A model generated the notes under the pieces. The model was not told the origin of the DNA, did no database searches, and saw only the letters and a list, made by a program, of their open reading frames with translations. Made by a program: the position numbers and the translations under genes. A stretch of DNA of 63,444 nucleotides, counting the filler, from Choristocarpus tenellus KU-1152 (lineage: Eukaryota > Protista > Phaeophyceae): the NCBI GenBank assembly GCA_964200185.2. It is 8 parts of 8 records of this genome, joined end to end, with 100 filler letters (N's around TTAATTAATTAA, not from the genome) between each part and the next. Parts side by side here need not be neighbours in the genome. Positions count along the whole stretch, not along the records: positions 10,847 to 19,239 come from CAXNAD020004769.1; positions 19,340 to 33,074 come from CAXNAD020001388.1; 6 more parts are not named here. One strand, given 5' to 3'. Shown here in pieces: positions 15,524 to 29,044 of the stretch (position 1 is its first letter; every line of letters begins with the position of its first letter).

Positions 15524-16852
15524 AAAGGGTACGTGATCCTAAGGTGTACTTCAAGGGGGGAGTGCTGGGGGTTGCGGCAAACTATGCTACAACTGAACTT
15601 CGTGTCTGGGTGGATGATAGCGTATAAATAGGATAATGGGCAATACCTCAGGGCACATCACGCTGAGCAATTTCGTGGAAGGATAGTGTATGCACCAGAG
15701 GGACCACTATGCACTTGTAATATTTTCTTCAGAAACTCAGGGACAACTAGTGGCGATGGCAGCGACTGGTCAAGAAAGAATTCTGGTCATTGACTCGCTA
15801 GAGCTGAAGAAGTTGAGGTACAACAATGAATAGTGGTGGAGTAAATATATGAATGTGTCGAATTATTTTTGCACTTCTTGGCGCTGCACAGAATGTGTGT
15901 TTGTGTTGTCTGTGTGTTGGTGCCTTCAATGTTACATGGAGAATTGTTTCTTGTCATGGGTGTTCAATATTTAGCACAATATATGTTTTTCTCTGAATGT
16001 AGCATGTAGGTCCACTGTTACAGGTGATCAGCGTATATATTGCCTCTCGCGCTCTAAGCGATGTGAACAGTAGGTACGAGGGTGGGCAATCCAAAAGGGA
16101 ATGTTCGATTCGCTAAAGTTATAGTGTAAAATCTGTATCATAAAATAATAAAGCAATAGTTTTCAGTTGTATCACGGCTTCTGAAAACAAAACCCTTTCA
16201 GACTGTGACTGTGGATGAAACTCACTTTGACAGTCCTGATACATGTTGTACACTTACCTTGAGAACAACAATACCTTTATCTGTTAACCCGATAACCACT
16301 TTTCGTTGGTTATCCAGTTATCGATACATCGCAGGTGCCGTCTGCGAGGCTCATCGTCAGCCTACAGGATTGTGGATCGGAGCTACATATCCTATTCAGG
16401 TAAGCTGCGGAGTGTTTGCAACACTGCTACAGCTACGATTTTGCTATGTGCAATAGTTTTATCGGGATTGTAAAGCGTGTAGTCTGTACTTTCTATAAAG
16501 TGTAAGTTTTAGAAATATTATTCTGGAGGAGGTATTCAACGTGCATTATTCTATGTAGTGTGGGTATTGTTCCATACATCGCACGTACATACTACTACCA
16601 CTATTGAACTACTTCATTAGATTTTTCTCGTGAAATACATGATGATGGTGTGTAGAAAGCGTCAATACGTGTTGTTCACAGCGAGTTTTGGTCATGGACC
16701 TGACGCCTCCTCCTATCTTGTACCTGTAGTACCACTCTCTACATCCTTTGTCCTTATCGTACGTATTTATTGTTGTAAATAGCAGTGTCCTCATTCAACC
16801 AGTAAACACACTTAGTTGCTAATACTTGTCATACATAAGGGTACATTCCTTT

Positions 16853-16947
16853 GGATGGAAGATGATGTAAATGCACCATTCCTGATTTTGCCCCAAATGG
16901 AGACTGGTTTAGACCCCCCCCCCCCTCACCCCCAAATACTTTAGGTC
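16853..16947 (+). mobile_element. MITE family A right half
   Basis: atgtaaatgcaccattcctgattttgccccaaatgg...agaccccccc...aaatactttaggtc. Confidence 0.75.
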
Positions 16948-19239
16948 TTTACATGTAACTCACCATCCATAACTGGTTCAAAACCAATATATCGATCCTT
17001 CAACTTCAACATTCACCGAGGAATGGTATACTATCTCACCCCTCACTCCGTACATGATGCTTTCATGGCAATGGAGAGCCACTCCACCTATCTATTATGG
17101 TGTAACTGAGAAGATTCAAACAATAATTATTTGAAGCAGGGGAATTCTTGTTCTGTATTTGTTCTATTGTTTTACCCTTTGGGAAGTGCACAAAGGTTGA
17201 GATGGTGGGTTGTCGTGACTGTGGAGGATCACCAGTGCAGTCTTGACCAAGTCACATTTGATCACCAGGGCAAATAGAAAAATGAAAAAGAGTGAGTGGG
17301 CCAGCTACCTAATATTTCTAAGCTTCACTTTCTCTTCATGGCGAGGAGGGTTTGGGCATATCTCCCTTGGATACAAAGTGGGACAATATTGAAAAAATAA
17401 ATGAACTGCTTAGAGGCAATCTTCCCCACAAACATCAAAATTATCTCTTGCCATTTCATCTTGTAACAACCTCACTACTGAGACAGGGACACAGGTGAAT
17501 TTTATATGATGTTTGAAAGTTAAAACATACAAAATGTTATACACACATTACAAGGATAGTGATGCACTCCCAAAAAACACGAAATCAGAAAACCATGCAC
17601 CAACCAATCAACGTATCCCTTTCAACACCAAACCACAGGGTTTCTGGCATTTCCTTGACTAAAATACAACTCATCTAGCCTCCGAGGGGAAAAAAAACCC
17701 TTGTCCGAAGTGTGACTGGAACCAATACAATAGCGCCACAGTGAGAATCCCTCAAACCTCTGTATTGCACATGGTTCAAAGTATGGAGTACTTTATAAAA
17801 TCTACATACAGAAATACGTCACTCATGGATTTGATCCGACCTCTCCACTCGGTTTGACAGAGGGACCAAAGTAGTTCATGATGAGTCCCAAGAATGCAAA
17901 CCTGTGGAAAAGGTAAAGAGAGGGTTGGAGGTTCAGGTCTACATACGGGTTGTTGAGCATTATCTAAAATACTTGTGAGCTGCTGCTACTAAATGAGTCA
18001 TTTGTAGCTATCTCTAGACGTAGGGCAGTCGATACCTGTAACCATCTTCATACTGACCCCTTTATATGAACCTATTTGAAAAGATGGAGGAAAACAAAAA
18101 CACATGTAATTTCTAACAGATTCATTCAACATCCCGATTCTTGAAGAGATCAAGAAGGTCACTGTTGTGCAATTTAGGGCATGAAAGTGAACACAAAAAG
18201 GTGTCCACCTACCTATGGCGACTTTTCTTTGGAGTACCCTAGAGTTACACGTCTAAACACTCTGCGGCTAAATATGCATAGGTGCCTTCCCACCTCAGAG
18301 AAGCAGTCCTTGTGCGATTTTTTAACCTCTGTTTCACTTTGCAAGAAGTGTGGGTTTAGTACGATGATCAAGAAAAAAAAACAGAGGTATTGCAGATCAA
18401 TGTGGTAGGGGCGATGCATGAATAGGAACACTTTGCACTAATGAAACACTGTAAGCCTCTCTACGAGAAAATAGCATTCTTTTGCACTGCAACATCTCCT
18501 ACCTCCTTAATAATAGGGTCGAAAGGATCAACCTCACCACATGATTGCATAGTGACAATCTATTGATTATATCACGTCGGAAAGGGACGATACAAAAGAT
18601 ACATCATTTCTCACCCCCAAAATGGTTTAATTGAACACGTTTTTTCCTGCACTTCTTTGTTTTACCACTAAAAATAAACGTGCACTGCACCACTTTTTTA
18701 TTTCTTCACCATATTAACCACCTTTGTTTCCAGATTTGTAGAAGTTAAGGTGTGATTTTGCCATGTGGAGCAAGCGTCACTTCAGGTATGTTCCCAAGAA
18801 AAGAAAAGAAAAAACTTCAGCTTTGGAAGAAAAAGGGCGGACACACTGTATGACTGTGTGGAAAACCACCGACAACTAGTGATTATTATAGGCATTACCT
18901 TTTTTTTGTTTTGAAATAGTGATTATTCTTACACGATTATACCCTGATGCCGACTACTTTTTTTCTTTTTATAAAAAGTCCCTGCGTGTATCCACTCGCA
19001 TTACGGAAAAGCCTATCTGCCGCACGTCCACCGCTGTGGTCTTGAGATGTGTTAGGGTAGACATGCAGGAGAAAAGAGATACCCAAGCTGCAAGCTTTGA
19101 CTGCCAGGAAGCCAAGGGAAAGTTGAAGTACGTTACAGATACATTTGGGGGGGGGGGGGGGGGAGAGGGGGAAGGGGGGGGGGGGGGGGAGAAGGGAAAA
19201 AAAAAACAAACCCCGGGGTGTGTAGGGGGAAAGAACGAA

Positions 19240-19339
19240 NNNNNNNNNNNNNNNNNNNNNNNNNNNNNNNNNNNNNNNNNNNNTTAATTAATTAANNNNN
19301 NNNNNNNNNNNNNNNNNNNNNNNNNNNNNNNNNNNNNNN
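19240..19339. other. Artificial contig linker
   Basis: N44-TTAATTAATTAA-N44. Confidence 0.99.
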
Positions 19340-21284
19340 TCTGGATTTGACAAAAACAAAATCCCCAAGGGCCCCATAAGACTGGTTCGGGGGGGGGGGG
19401 GCTGGGGGCTATGACTATGTCAACCTTGGACCTGTTGCTGACATGGACTCAACAATATATCTTTCTTGAGCACACTTTGAGGCCATGGGTTACTTCCTAA
19501 TGTTTTGATAACTTGAGCCTGGGGGTATCAGGCTGCTCTGTTAAAAAGTTGGAGGCATTGTGTAGTGGTAGGAATAAAAATAAAAATACACCGAATGTCA
19601 CTGTAGGTGTTGAAACTAGAATACAAAAATATTACATCACCTGTGGAGGTTTTCAATCTTCAAGAGTCTGGATGCTGCTGCAAGATGGTTCTCATAAACT
19701 TATCATCTTCAGAGTGTTTAGGTGTGTGTAAAATTCACACTTAAACCCCAACCAGAACACCCATATTAGCACAGGTTTCAAACTGTTGGTGAGGCAGATG
19801 GGAAGTATCTGCCTTATAAACCCGATTCTAACCCAAGAACCACAAATCAGCAACTCAAGTAGTCTGGAAGCAGCATCAAAACATCTTCAACCACCCATTT
19901 TGTAATTTGTTGAAGTTGCTCCAAGGTAAGTAGAGTCTTTTGAGCACTCTGAAGAGTGTATCGCACTTCACACTACAATTCAGACCAATTCCCAAATGGG
20001 CTGGCTTCATAGTGTAAGAACTTTGTGCATACCATGTGCACAGGTTGGGTAAAAAAACTTGTTTAAATGTCACACCACATTTATCCTTCCCACCTTTCGA
20101 ATGACCACTCCGCGAATACATGCAGGCTTTGCGGCTCCCATGTGAGAAAGCATCTGCCAGGTCAAGGGAAGGTTAACGAAGTGTTCCAAGCACAGTAGAG
20201 GATCAAAAAACAATTATTAACCATGCTGCAAAACTATGCACACATACACTCTGCCATTACAAAGAGAAAAAAGAAGTTCCGTGTAGGTGCCTGCAGTGTC
20301 ACCCCAGACATGGTTATCAACATCCATTCACATTGACTGAACGACATGGGGCCTGGTTGTTTGCCCTTCCAATTTTGTTTCTTGTAGCACCAGTGGTCAC
20401 TGCGGTGAACATTCAATAGTAGTCAACTAATAATAGTCAAGGTACATAGTCACAAATATCTTTAACTTGTGCGAATTACTCTGATCGCATTCAAATATTT
20501 TTGGAATATGATGTCAAACCACAAAAGATGCCAAGGATACACAACACACACAGAAGTTGATCAAGTTGCGAATTTTGAAAGCGATCCTAAGTGGAACGGC
20601 ACTGTAGCATTCTGTTGAGTATTTGCAAAATGATTGACAAGAGATCAGAATATTGCAATGCCTACCCTATAATGCCACGCACACCTTTGAGCTGCAATAC
20701 TATCAAAGCAACAAATTATAGGGTTTGGCAGATGTGAAAGGAGTACAGACTACACCAGTGCTTCAGATGTCAAATTTGGGACAGTGTGTGTGTGTGTGTG
20801 TGTGGACTAAACCAACAGTGCAAGCTAGTTCTATAGGGTAACACATTACATCCCATTGCCAGAAACTTATTGAACCAATTACGGTTTCAGATTATAATCG
20901 GTGCATGAGGTAATGGAGAAGCCATTGGATTGATTGTGTGAGTACGCTATCATTTCTACTTTGTTGACACCCAAACATCGACATCACAAACAATTCACGA
21001 CTACTCGTACTACTTAGGCTCAACATCTTATCTCCCCCCCATCCTTTGAGAATAAGGTAAGTAGCTCGAGCGAGATCGCATTGGCTATATTAAAATTTAT
21101 CTACTTGATATCGAGTCGCGGTGGGCAAAGGCCCTCTCAAGGTGGAGGGAAACCGCAACCTTCTTTGTAATTAATACCCCAAATCGACATATCGACGAAT
21201 TGTTCAACTAATAATACCTGTTAGTTTATGGTGTTAGGGCTTTACATTGATCCTGCAACACAAAAACGAAGTGGGATTGCTTAC

Positions 21285-21944
21285 CATTACTTCGATTGCG
21301 TCCCCTGCCCGGAAATCTGGCAATTCTAACGGCACCGCAGCTTTTGCCTCGTCGAGAAGCTCTTGCAGCAACTTTGATGCTCTATGGGGTTGGAAGAGAA
21401 ACAAAACAAGTACGGATAGGAAAGACAGTCAATTTCATTCATGTGGCAGGGTTGAGACTTCCACAAGTCAAACGTATATGGAAATGGACGATTGTGGAAC
21501 ACATATGATGCCTGCAATGACATCTTAGTTTCATTTTAAGATAGGTTCCACCTGCAGCTGTGTCTCTCACGTACCAGCTCATACTGCGTACCGTTTTTGC
21601 GGAATGCGATGCTTGACTCTTTTTGGGACTTCGGATGATGGGGGCTCCTGCTCCGTAATTGTCACTGCGTTCTCTGAAGATGACATCCACATCCGCCCAT
21701 CACCAAATTTAACTCTCGATCTATAATGTGGTGCTCCCTTCCCGTTCTTATCACTTGCCCCTGTCAGAAGTGCCCCAGACCTCTTCGTACAATCCAGCCC
21801 GATTCCAACCCCTGTGTTAGTCGCTTGCAAACTAAACGGTTGACAGGGGATGCACGGTCGCACTGACTCTTGCTTATTCCATTTTACCACGCTTCCGATC
21901 TGGGACAACACGAGCCGCCTGCCAGCCCTGATAGGGGCAGCCAT
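21285..21944 (-). CDS. MRPL19: Mitochondrial ribosomal protein bL19 (L19), first two exons
   Basis: Exon 21944-21592 (Arg-rich N-terminus lacking acidic residues, MAAPIRAGRRLVLSQ...; ends IPQKR, phase 2) joins exon 21381-21285 (ASKLLQELLDEAKAAVPLELPDFRAGDAIEVM, donor gtaagc). LPDFRAGDAIEV matches the bL19 IPxFRxGDxVxV motif. Later exons were not found in the contig. Confidence 0.8.
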
Positions 21945-22402
21945 CCTTGTTCAACGCCTCACCTCAACAATGTCTTAAAAACCTCAAATCCCAAATTACA
22001 TACATAAATGGTCATACACGCCTTCACAATATACACAAGAACGAAGATATCAAGTTCATGAACAAAAAAAGTGTATTGACTGACTACTGTCACACACTTT
22101 GAAAGAAATTCATCATTCAAGCTGGAGCTGTCGAGTCTTCGGTGGTTGTGATATAGCCCTTGCTTCGCAACCATGCTTGCTTCCTACCTGGCACGCCAGG
22201 TGATCGACTTTTGGAAACTTCAACTTTGCAGAGAGTCAGTATCCTCCCAAGCACACGACCCAACCTAGGAGGATTGCCAAATCCAAACTCGAGGCGAAAT
22301 ACAATAATCTACTCATCAAGCTGCCTCTCTCAACATCCTACCGACAGTACATTTGTTGTTCATGTTTCATTACACACACAGACCCGGCCTTTGCGAGGAG
22401 CC
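21945..22402. promoter_or_regulatory. Probable bidirectional promoter between bL19m and GLDH
   Basis: Divergent ATGs at 21944 (-) and 22403 (+), with 458 nt between them. Confidence 0.55.
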
Positions 22403-25400
22403 ATGTTCCTCACCAGCCGAACTTTTGTGCAAACTCAAGGACCTGCAGTGGAAAATTGCGTGTCTCTCTTACCATACAGACGGAACTCTATCCCTTCACC
22501 AGGGGGCATCGCTGTCTATTTTTCATCCCTGTCTGCTTATCCTAGAACTGAGGGCTCTAAACTTGCGGCTTGCCTTTTGATGGCGGCAGCGTCTCTTGGC
22601 ATTGGCTTTGCGCATCGTGAAAAGATTTGCCAAGTAGCAGACATGCAGGTGCCAGTGAAGCCTGTACATTAACTATTGATATGTTTGCTTTCTTATGTGA
22701 TGCCGAACCTCGGATACCCTCGTCAAAGCTGACCACTCAGTGCGATTCTGTCGAAAAGGTAAGTATTGTCACCTCTCGTCCCCTCCCTTCTCATTGTATC
22801 TGATAGAAATGCCCCTGCCCCTCCAATCCACCCATCCGACCTTTTGATATTGGACATGTTCCCAGGCAGAAGCGGAGGTTGAGGAGGTTGAGGTGGAGAA
22901 CTGGTCCTCAACTCACTCCGTCAAGACTAAGTGCTACATGCAGCCAGAGTCACTACCAGAGGCAAGTCGTCGTATCTCACCCATCATCAAAACCGACCCC
23001 CACACATATGAGATTACCTTGTTTCGCTGTTCTTTGATTCTTTCTGTATACAAACGAATGTACATTGATTGTGCTCATCAACCAATCATTGCAAGAGTGG
23101 ATATTGAAAGTTGGGCTGGCATTGAGGAGTTGTGTAATTTAACAATTACGCCTTCTTGCTGGTATCCCATAGCCCTCATGGTACCGTAAGGTCAAAACTA
23201 CCTATTCCCCCAAGAAAAACGGGATTTAATGTGTGTTGACCGTGAATTCATCAGGTAGAGCACATCATTCGTGAAGCTCACACAAAGGGAAGGCGCGTAC
23301 GAGTTGTGGGGAATGCCCTCTCACCCAGTGGTCTGGGCCTTAGCAAGGATGGCATGCTGTCGTTGGGACTGTGTGACCGCGTTCTTGCTGTGGACAAGCA
23401 GCGACGAACAGTAACAGTAGAGGTGTGGTGTTTTTGTGTTTGTTGTGTGAACCAGCTGTCTTGTCCTTGAAGTACTTGGGGTGGATACTGACTCTGACAT
23501 CAACATTCATTGGGATGGGATGTGAACACCAGTGGGGATTATTTCGACCATTGCATATTTCATTATCTTTTTGATTCATATACTTCACACTGTTGAGGTA
23601 GATATTTATGCTGTGGTGTGCTCATGATATTCAGCAGGTAGGAGTTTTTATGAAGTAGTGTATAATGGGCGATAGTGCCCACATCTTTGTAAAGCAGCAC
23701 ATATGACAGTTCCATCAACTCAAACTCCCAAGTTCAAACAAATACCTAAAAAAGAATAGTATTACGATTATTTTTTAATACTTTGAAACCAAAGACAGAT
23801 CTCCTTGCATCCAACTTTTTGGAACTCCTAGGTTAGACCACTATCTGTACACCTGAAGTCAATATTGTAACAATGGCCAGGCAGTAAGACATATTGTTGA
23901 CAGCTTTGAAACAAAACAACCAGCTCTGAAATCTTTCATAATGTTAACCGCGGCTTATTAAGTTGAAAGCTGAGCCTTCAAGGCTATTGCAGAGTGCCTA
24001 TTGCCATTGTGATCGCTATCCTTAACCCTATTTAACCCTATTTAACCCTATTTTCCCATGTTTTGTTTCTGACCATTCCGTTGCTGTAGGCTGGAGCAAG
24101 AGTGCAGCAGGTGGTGGACGCCCTGGCCCCTCATGGCTTGACACTGCAGAACTACGCCTCCATTAGTGAGCAGCAAATAGGCGGGTTCTTGCAGGCATGT
24201 GGCTACAGTAACCTCTCTCGAGTCACTGGTGTGGATTTGCCTTGGTTGATTTGCACTCATGTGTGTTGTGTGTTGTGTGTTTTGTGGCAGTCGCCAGTGG
24301 TAAGTAAAGGTTTTGTGTGGGATTCTCAGTCCGATCAATCAATAAGTGAAGATGAATTACTATTACCGCCTTGGAGCCAGGCATGCACACCTGACTCACA
24401 GAGAGCATGAACAATTTGAAGTCTCAGTTGTTGATTGGTATGTGAGTTGTTTGGTATGACTTTCCTCTCATCTCCTCTTTGTTCTGTTCATTGCAGCACA
24501 GATTACACAGATCACACTAACCATGCTGTTTGCAGTTGTTTGTTTCAAGGGACAGTAGCATGACTCGTCATCAATGTGATGCATGCAGCCAAGAGCGTGT
24601 GTGAGGTCAACAAAGCAGCCATTTTACTTTTGACAGCTAACGTACACCTGCACTACTATACTTTTTTTGACTTTTAACTTTTAACTTTTTACTTTTTACT
24701 TTCGACACATCCTTTGTTTTGTCCCACCAACAGCATACCCTACTTGTCCTTTCTTTTTTGCCGCCTGTGTCTCCATGCTGGCTGTGGTGGGGTGACATGC
24801 GATGATATGATTCTCTTCATGCCCCATCTAAACAAACTAATCAAGCTAATCAAACTAAACAAACTAAACAAACCCTAACCCTAATCAAAGGTGGGAGCAC
24901 ACGGAACGGGAGCGTTGGTCCCTCCAGTAGATGAACAAATCGTGTCCCTCAAGTTGGTCACACCTGCCATGGGGACCATTGAGCTCAGCAGGAGAGATAA
25001 CCCCGATCTGTTCTACATGGCCAAGGTGTGAGAAACTTCTTGTGGTCTAGCTGACCTTATTTGAAAAATATGTATACGAATTTGAGATTCGAAATCATGA
25101 TGATGCTTGTGTCAAGTATATGGCCATGTCTGTAATTGCTGGTGATGCCTGATACTCCTTACATAGTACTCTACTGCGAGTCTGTGTGATGGGGTATTTG
25201 ATACTTCAGGATGTGATGTCCTCTCTCTGTTCTGGTTGTAGGTTGATTGTGTTGCTCTCTTATCAGAGTATACCTCTATCATATATATGCATTGAATGAT
25301 TGGACTATGGTCCCTACCCCTAAGTCTGCACCAGAAGGGCTAGAGCTCATTAATCTCTCTATTGTAGGGACTGATGCAGGGGAGGTTGCTGGGCAAAGGC

Positions 25401-28400
25401 ATCCTATTGGCCCATACAATATATGCAGTTCAAAGTTGAAGTTTCTACTTGGCATACCTATTGGTTTCCTTTTCCTGTTCCCAACCCCTCAATACATATA
25501 CCTCTGATCTCACTTTTCAATTAATATTTGATGTTACTCCTTTCCATCACTTCAGATTTTTGTTGACCTCACCTCCAATGGTGTTCACCTGCCCACTCTA
25601 ATATATGATATGTGATGTTGACTCCAATTTTTTTCTCCTCTTGTATCCACTGTAAGGTTTAGCTGTATTAACTGTATTAGCTGTATTAGCTGTATTAACT
25701 TTATTAGCTGTATTAACTGTATTAACTTTATTAACTGTATTGTTTTCATACTTACATCTTATGTTTATTCCGTGATTAATTAGGTGGGACTTGGTGCATT
25801 AGGTGTGGTGACAGAGGTGACCATCCAATGTGTACCTAGACACCTCCTTGTGGAGACCACCTCTGTCATGACCAGGGACCAAGTTCGGAACAAGCATCAC
25901 TCCTTGTTGAGGGAGAACCAGCACATCAGGTACTATTTGAGACATCTACCAGTACAAATTATTTTTTCTAATTTAAGGGGCATCAGTCTGTTGCACCAAT
26001 TTAATAGGTTTAATTTAATGTCTGATTTAATGTCAAATTTAATATACCAAATTTAATACGTCGAAGCGGATAGAATATGTGGTAGATACAATGATACAGT
26101 AACTTCCTGACCATGACTGCTGGTATTACCTGTTGAAGCAGAGTCTCCTCTTGATCCCTGCAATATACCTTGAAATTTTGTATTAACAAATGGCACTATA
26201 CACTATTGCATTTTGTGGTCCTTTTTCAACTATGTATATATATATGTATGTATGTATGTATATATCTTTTGGTGTGTGGCAATTGACTATTAATTGACTA
26301 TTAGTACAACCTTTGAATGCCCGGTTGACTTGAGTAGAATAAATACCTCATGCACCTCATGGGGAAAACAGCGTTGTTGGATAAGACAGGAGACAAGACA
26401 TTTTAAAAATCCAATTCCTTCTAGTATGTATCAAGCGATCAATTCGGGTGTCACAATCTGTTTATCGGTTTATCTGTTTATCAGTTTATCAGTTTCACCT
26501 TTTTGCAGGTTAGGCTATGAGTGTACAAGGTGACAAGATTCTATCATCAGATTCTTAGTTATATTTTTGTCTTTGGATGTCTTTCAGAAATCTCATTGGG
26601 TGGTAGACCCGAAAATGTCAGTGAAATCTGACTCGCTCTATCTGTTCTATGCCACCCACTACAAAGTCGTAAGAAACACCTTCCCAATTCACTATTAGAC
26701 ACTGCGATGCAGTAACTGCTGTATAAATTGATCCTCAACAGAGAGAGCATATGTTTATATATATATATTGTGTGTTTGATCCTATTGTATCCAGGTACAT
26801 GTGGATCCCTTATACTGATGCTGTAGTGGTGGTTGGCAGCAATCCTGTAGGAAAGAACAATGGCCTGCAGCGGCGAGGAACTCAGGTGACAAAGTTACTG
26901 TTTTTAGTAATAGTTTTCAGTAGCATACATAATCATCATCAAAATTATCAATGAGTATAGTTATTATTGGGAGCCGTTTCACCATCAATGTATCCCACAT
27001 CGTTAGGAGTAGCTTGATCACCTTTCTTGGCCTTTGCTTTTGATTCTGTTTCATAAGTTTTTGAAGACTCAGCCAATACCTTTATTTGGTTCTCTATATC
27101 CTTCTTAATAATATCTAATTCTGGTTTCACAATAGAGATCTTTTTGAAATCTGGTAGAGAAATGTCAGGTTTAAGTTCAAACTCTAGGTTAAATTTTAAA
27201 TCTTTTCCTTCTTCATTGATAATACTGATGATACTAGGATCTGTTGCTATTTTTGTTATCATTATCAATTTCTTTGTTATCATTGCTCAAGTTAGTGCAC
27301 TATGATTAGCAGTTTGAAATGGTGTGAAATGTACTATTATTCAGTATCTTGTGTCTGTAAGGTGTCCTGTCTTGTCAATACCAACATTTATGTGTGTGTG
27401 TGTTTGTTTTTCATAAACTTGTTTTGTACTGTGAAAGTTTTCCAAAAGTGTGAGTGAGTTGTAGGATGCACCCAGATTGTTCTAGTATGTACTATCTACT
27501 ATGTACTATGTACTGATTGGCAAGTGGAATGTTTTGATTTCATTGTTATTATTGTTATTATTATTATTGTTATTATTACTGTGGGATATGTGTAATGTGA
27601 GGAAACAGTTATATGTTAGAATATGGCATGTTGATAAGAGAGACCTTTCAGAAAAGTCTTTTGAACCCTATCCCTAAGTTGATTATATTATTGTCCTGCC
27701 TTCCTATCTTTTTTTATCTCACTTATCTCACTTGCATTGGGTATGATCACTTCTGGAAATTTAGATTATTATTATTATTATTGTTGTTGTTTATAGTTAC
27801 GTGACTCCTTTCTTGTTGTCAAATTGTGTTCATCTTCAAAATTGCTTTGGTAGCATTGATTGGCATAAAAGGGGACACCGGGTACACCACCTTGGTCGGC
27901 GTATTCATGTGGATGTGAAACATTGATGTAAATGGACAGATAGTTAGTTGTCTGTTCATTGGCGCGAGCGCTAATTTGATGTATATAATTTATGTAGTAT
28001 GGCATCAATGTTGGTACAAAAAAGTATTGTAAATCTTGTTTCACTCTCTTTCCTACCTCACATACATGGAGTTTATGCTCGCATACGTATACATGAATAA
28101 ATATATAAATATGTATCTATGCATCTATGTTCTTGTGTGGGTTGTATCTCGGGTGCCTCAATTTTTTTTTCCCGAAAGGCTCCGAAACACATGGTGGTCT
28201 GCCAAGAACACTCTGAGAAGGAGGAAAGCAGTCAAGGCTCAACAGGTGAGGGCATGCACAATGCATTACTACTGGAGAACTGAATTATTATTATTATTGT
28301 TATTATTAATATTATTTATCCCATATATTTTATTTGTTGATGGTGTAGTGGATCGATGGCAGTAAAACAGCGTCAACGCCTTCCATTGTGTTAGAATGTT

Positions 28401-29010
28401 AGAAGAAGTTCAAAATATTGTTTTTTTTATTAGTAACACAGTGTTCGTCTTGTGTGTGTGAAGTAATGAGTGTGTGTGGTTTAACTTGCATCACCAATTT
28501 GGGAAGAATTTGATTATCTTACATCACAAAACGATAGCTCTATGGTATACCATAATGTATTTTTTGTAACTCAAGAAGTGGTTCCATCCCATGTCACTGT
28601 ACAATTGTTTTATGGCTCTTGCAGTCATGCAATGTTGTTGTTACTGTTTCTTTCTATCATAGTATTGTATTGTATTGTATTGAAAATAATGGTACTACTT
28701 TGTCCTCTGATTTGTATACATACCCATGGTGATGTCACTTAGGAGCAAAAACAGCGTGTTGATGTATGTTGACAGGACATGACATGTGTAGAAGTTGTCA
28801 TCAGTAGTGATGTTGTGCACACCTTTTGACACACATTACTACTGTCATGGTTTGATGGTTTGATGGTTTGATGGTGTGATGACTGCAGTAAGGTGGCTAC
28901 ATGCTTTGCACAGTGTATATGCTGATACATACTGTACAGTTACAAAGTTGTGGTGTTGTTATTGGTTGGAAAGGCATCATTCGATTATGCCAATTTGCAT
29001 ACTTTGCTTT

Positions 29011-29044
<34 letters not shown>

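Noticed and set aside
22160-22402. Longer GLDH N-terminus suggested by the ORF track
   Set aside because: It starts at a non-ATG codon; the first in-frame ATG, in a GCCATG context, is at 22403.
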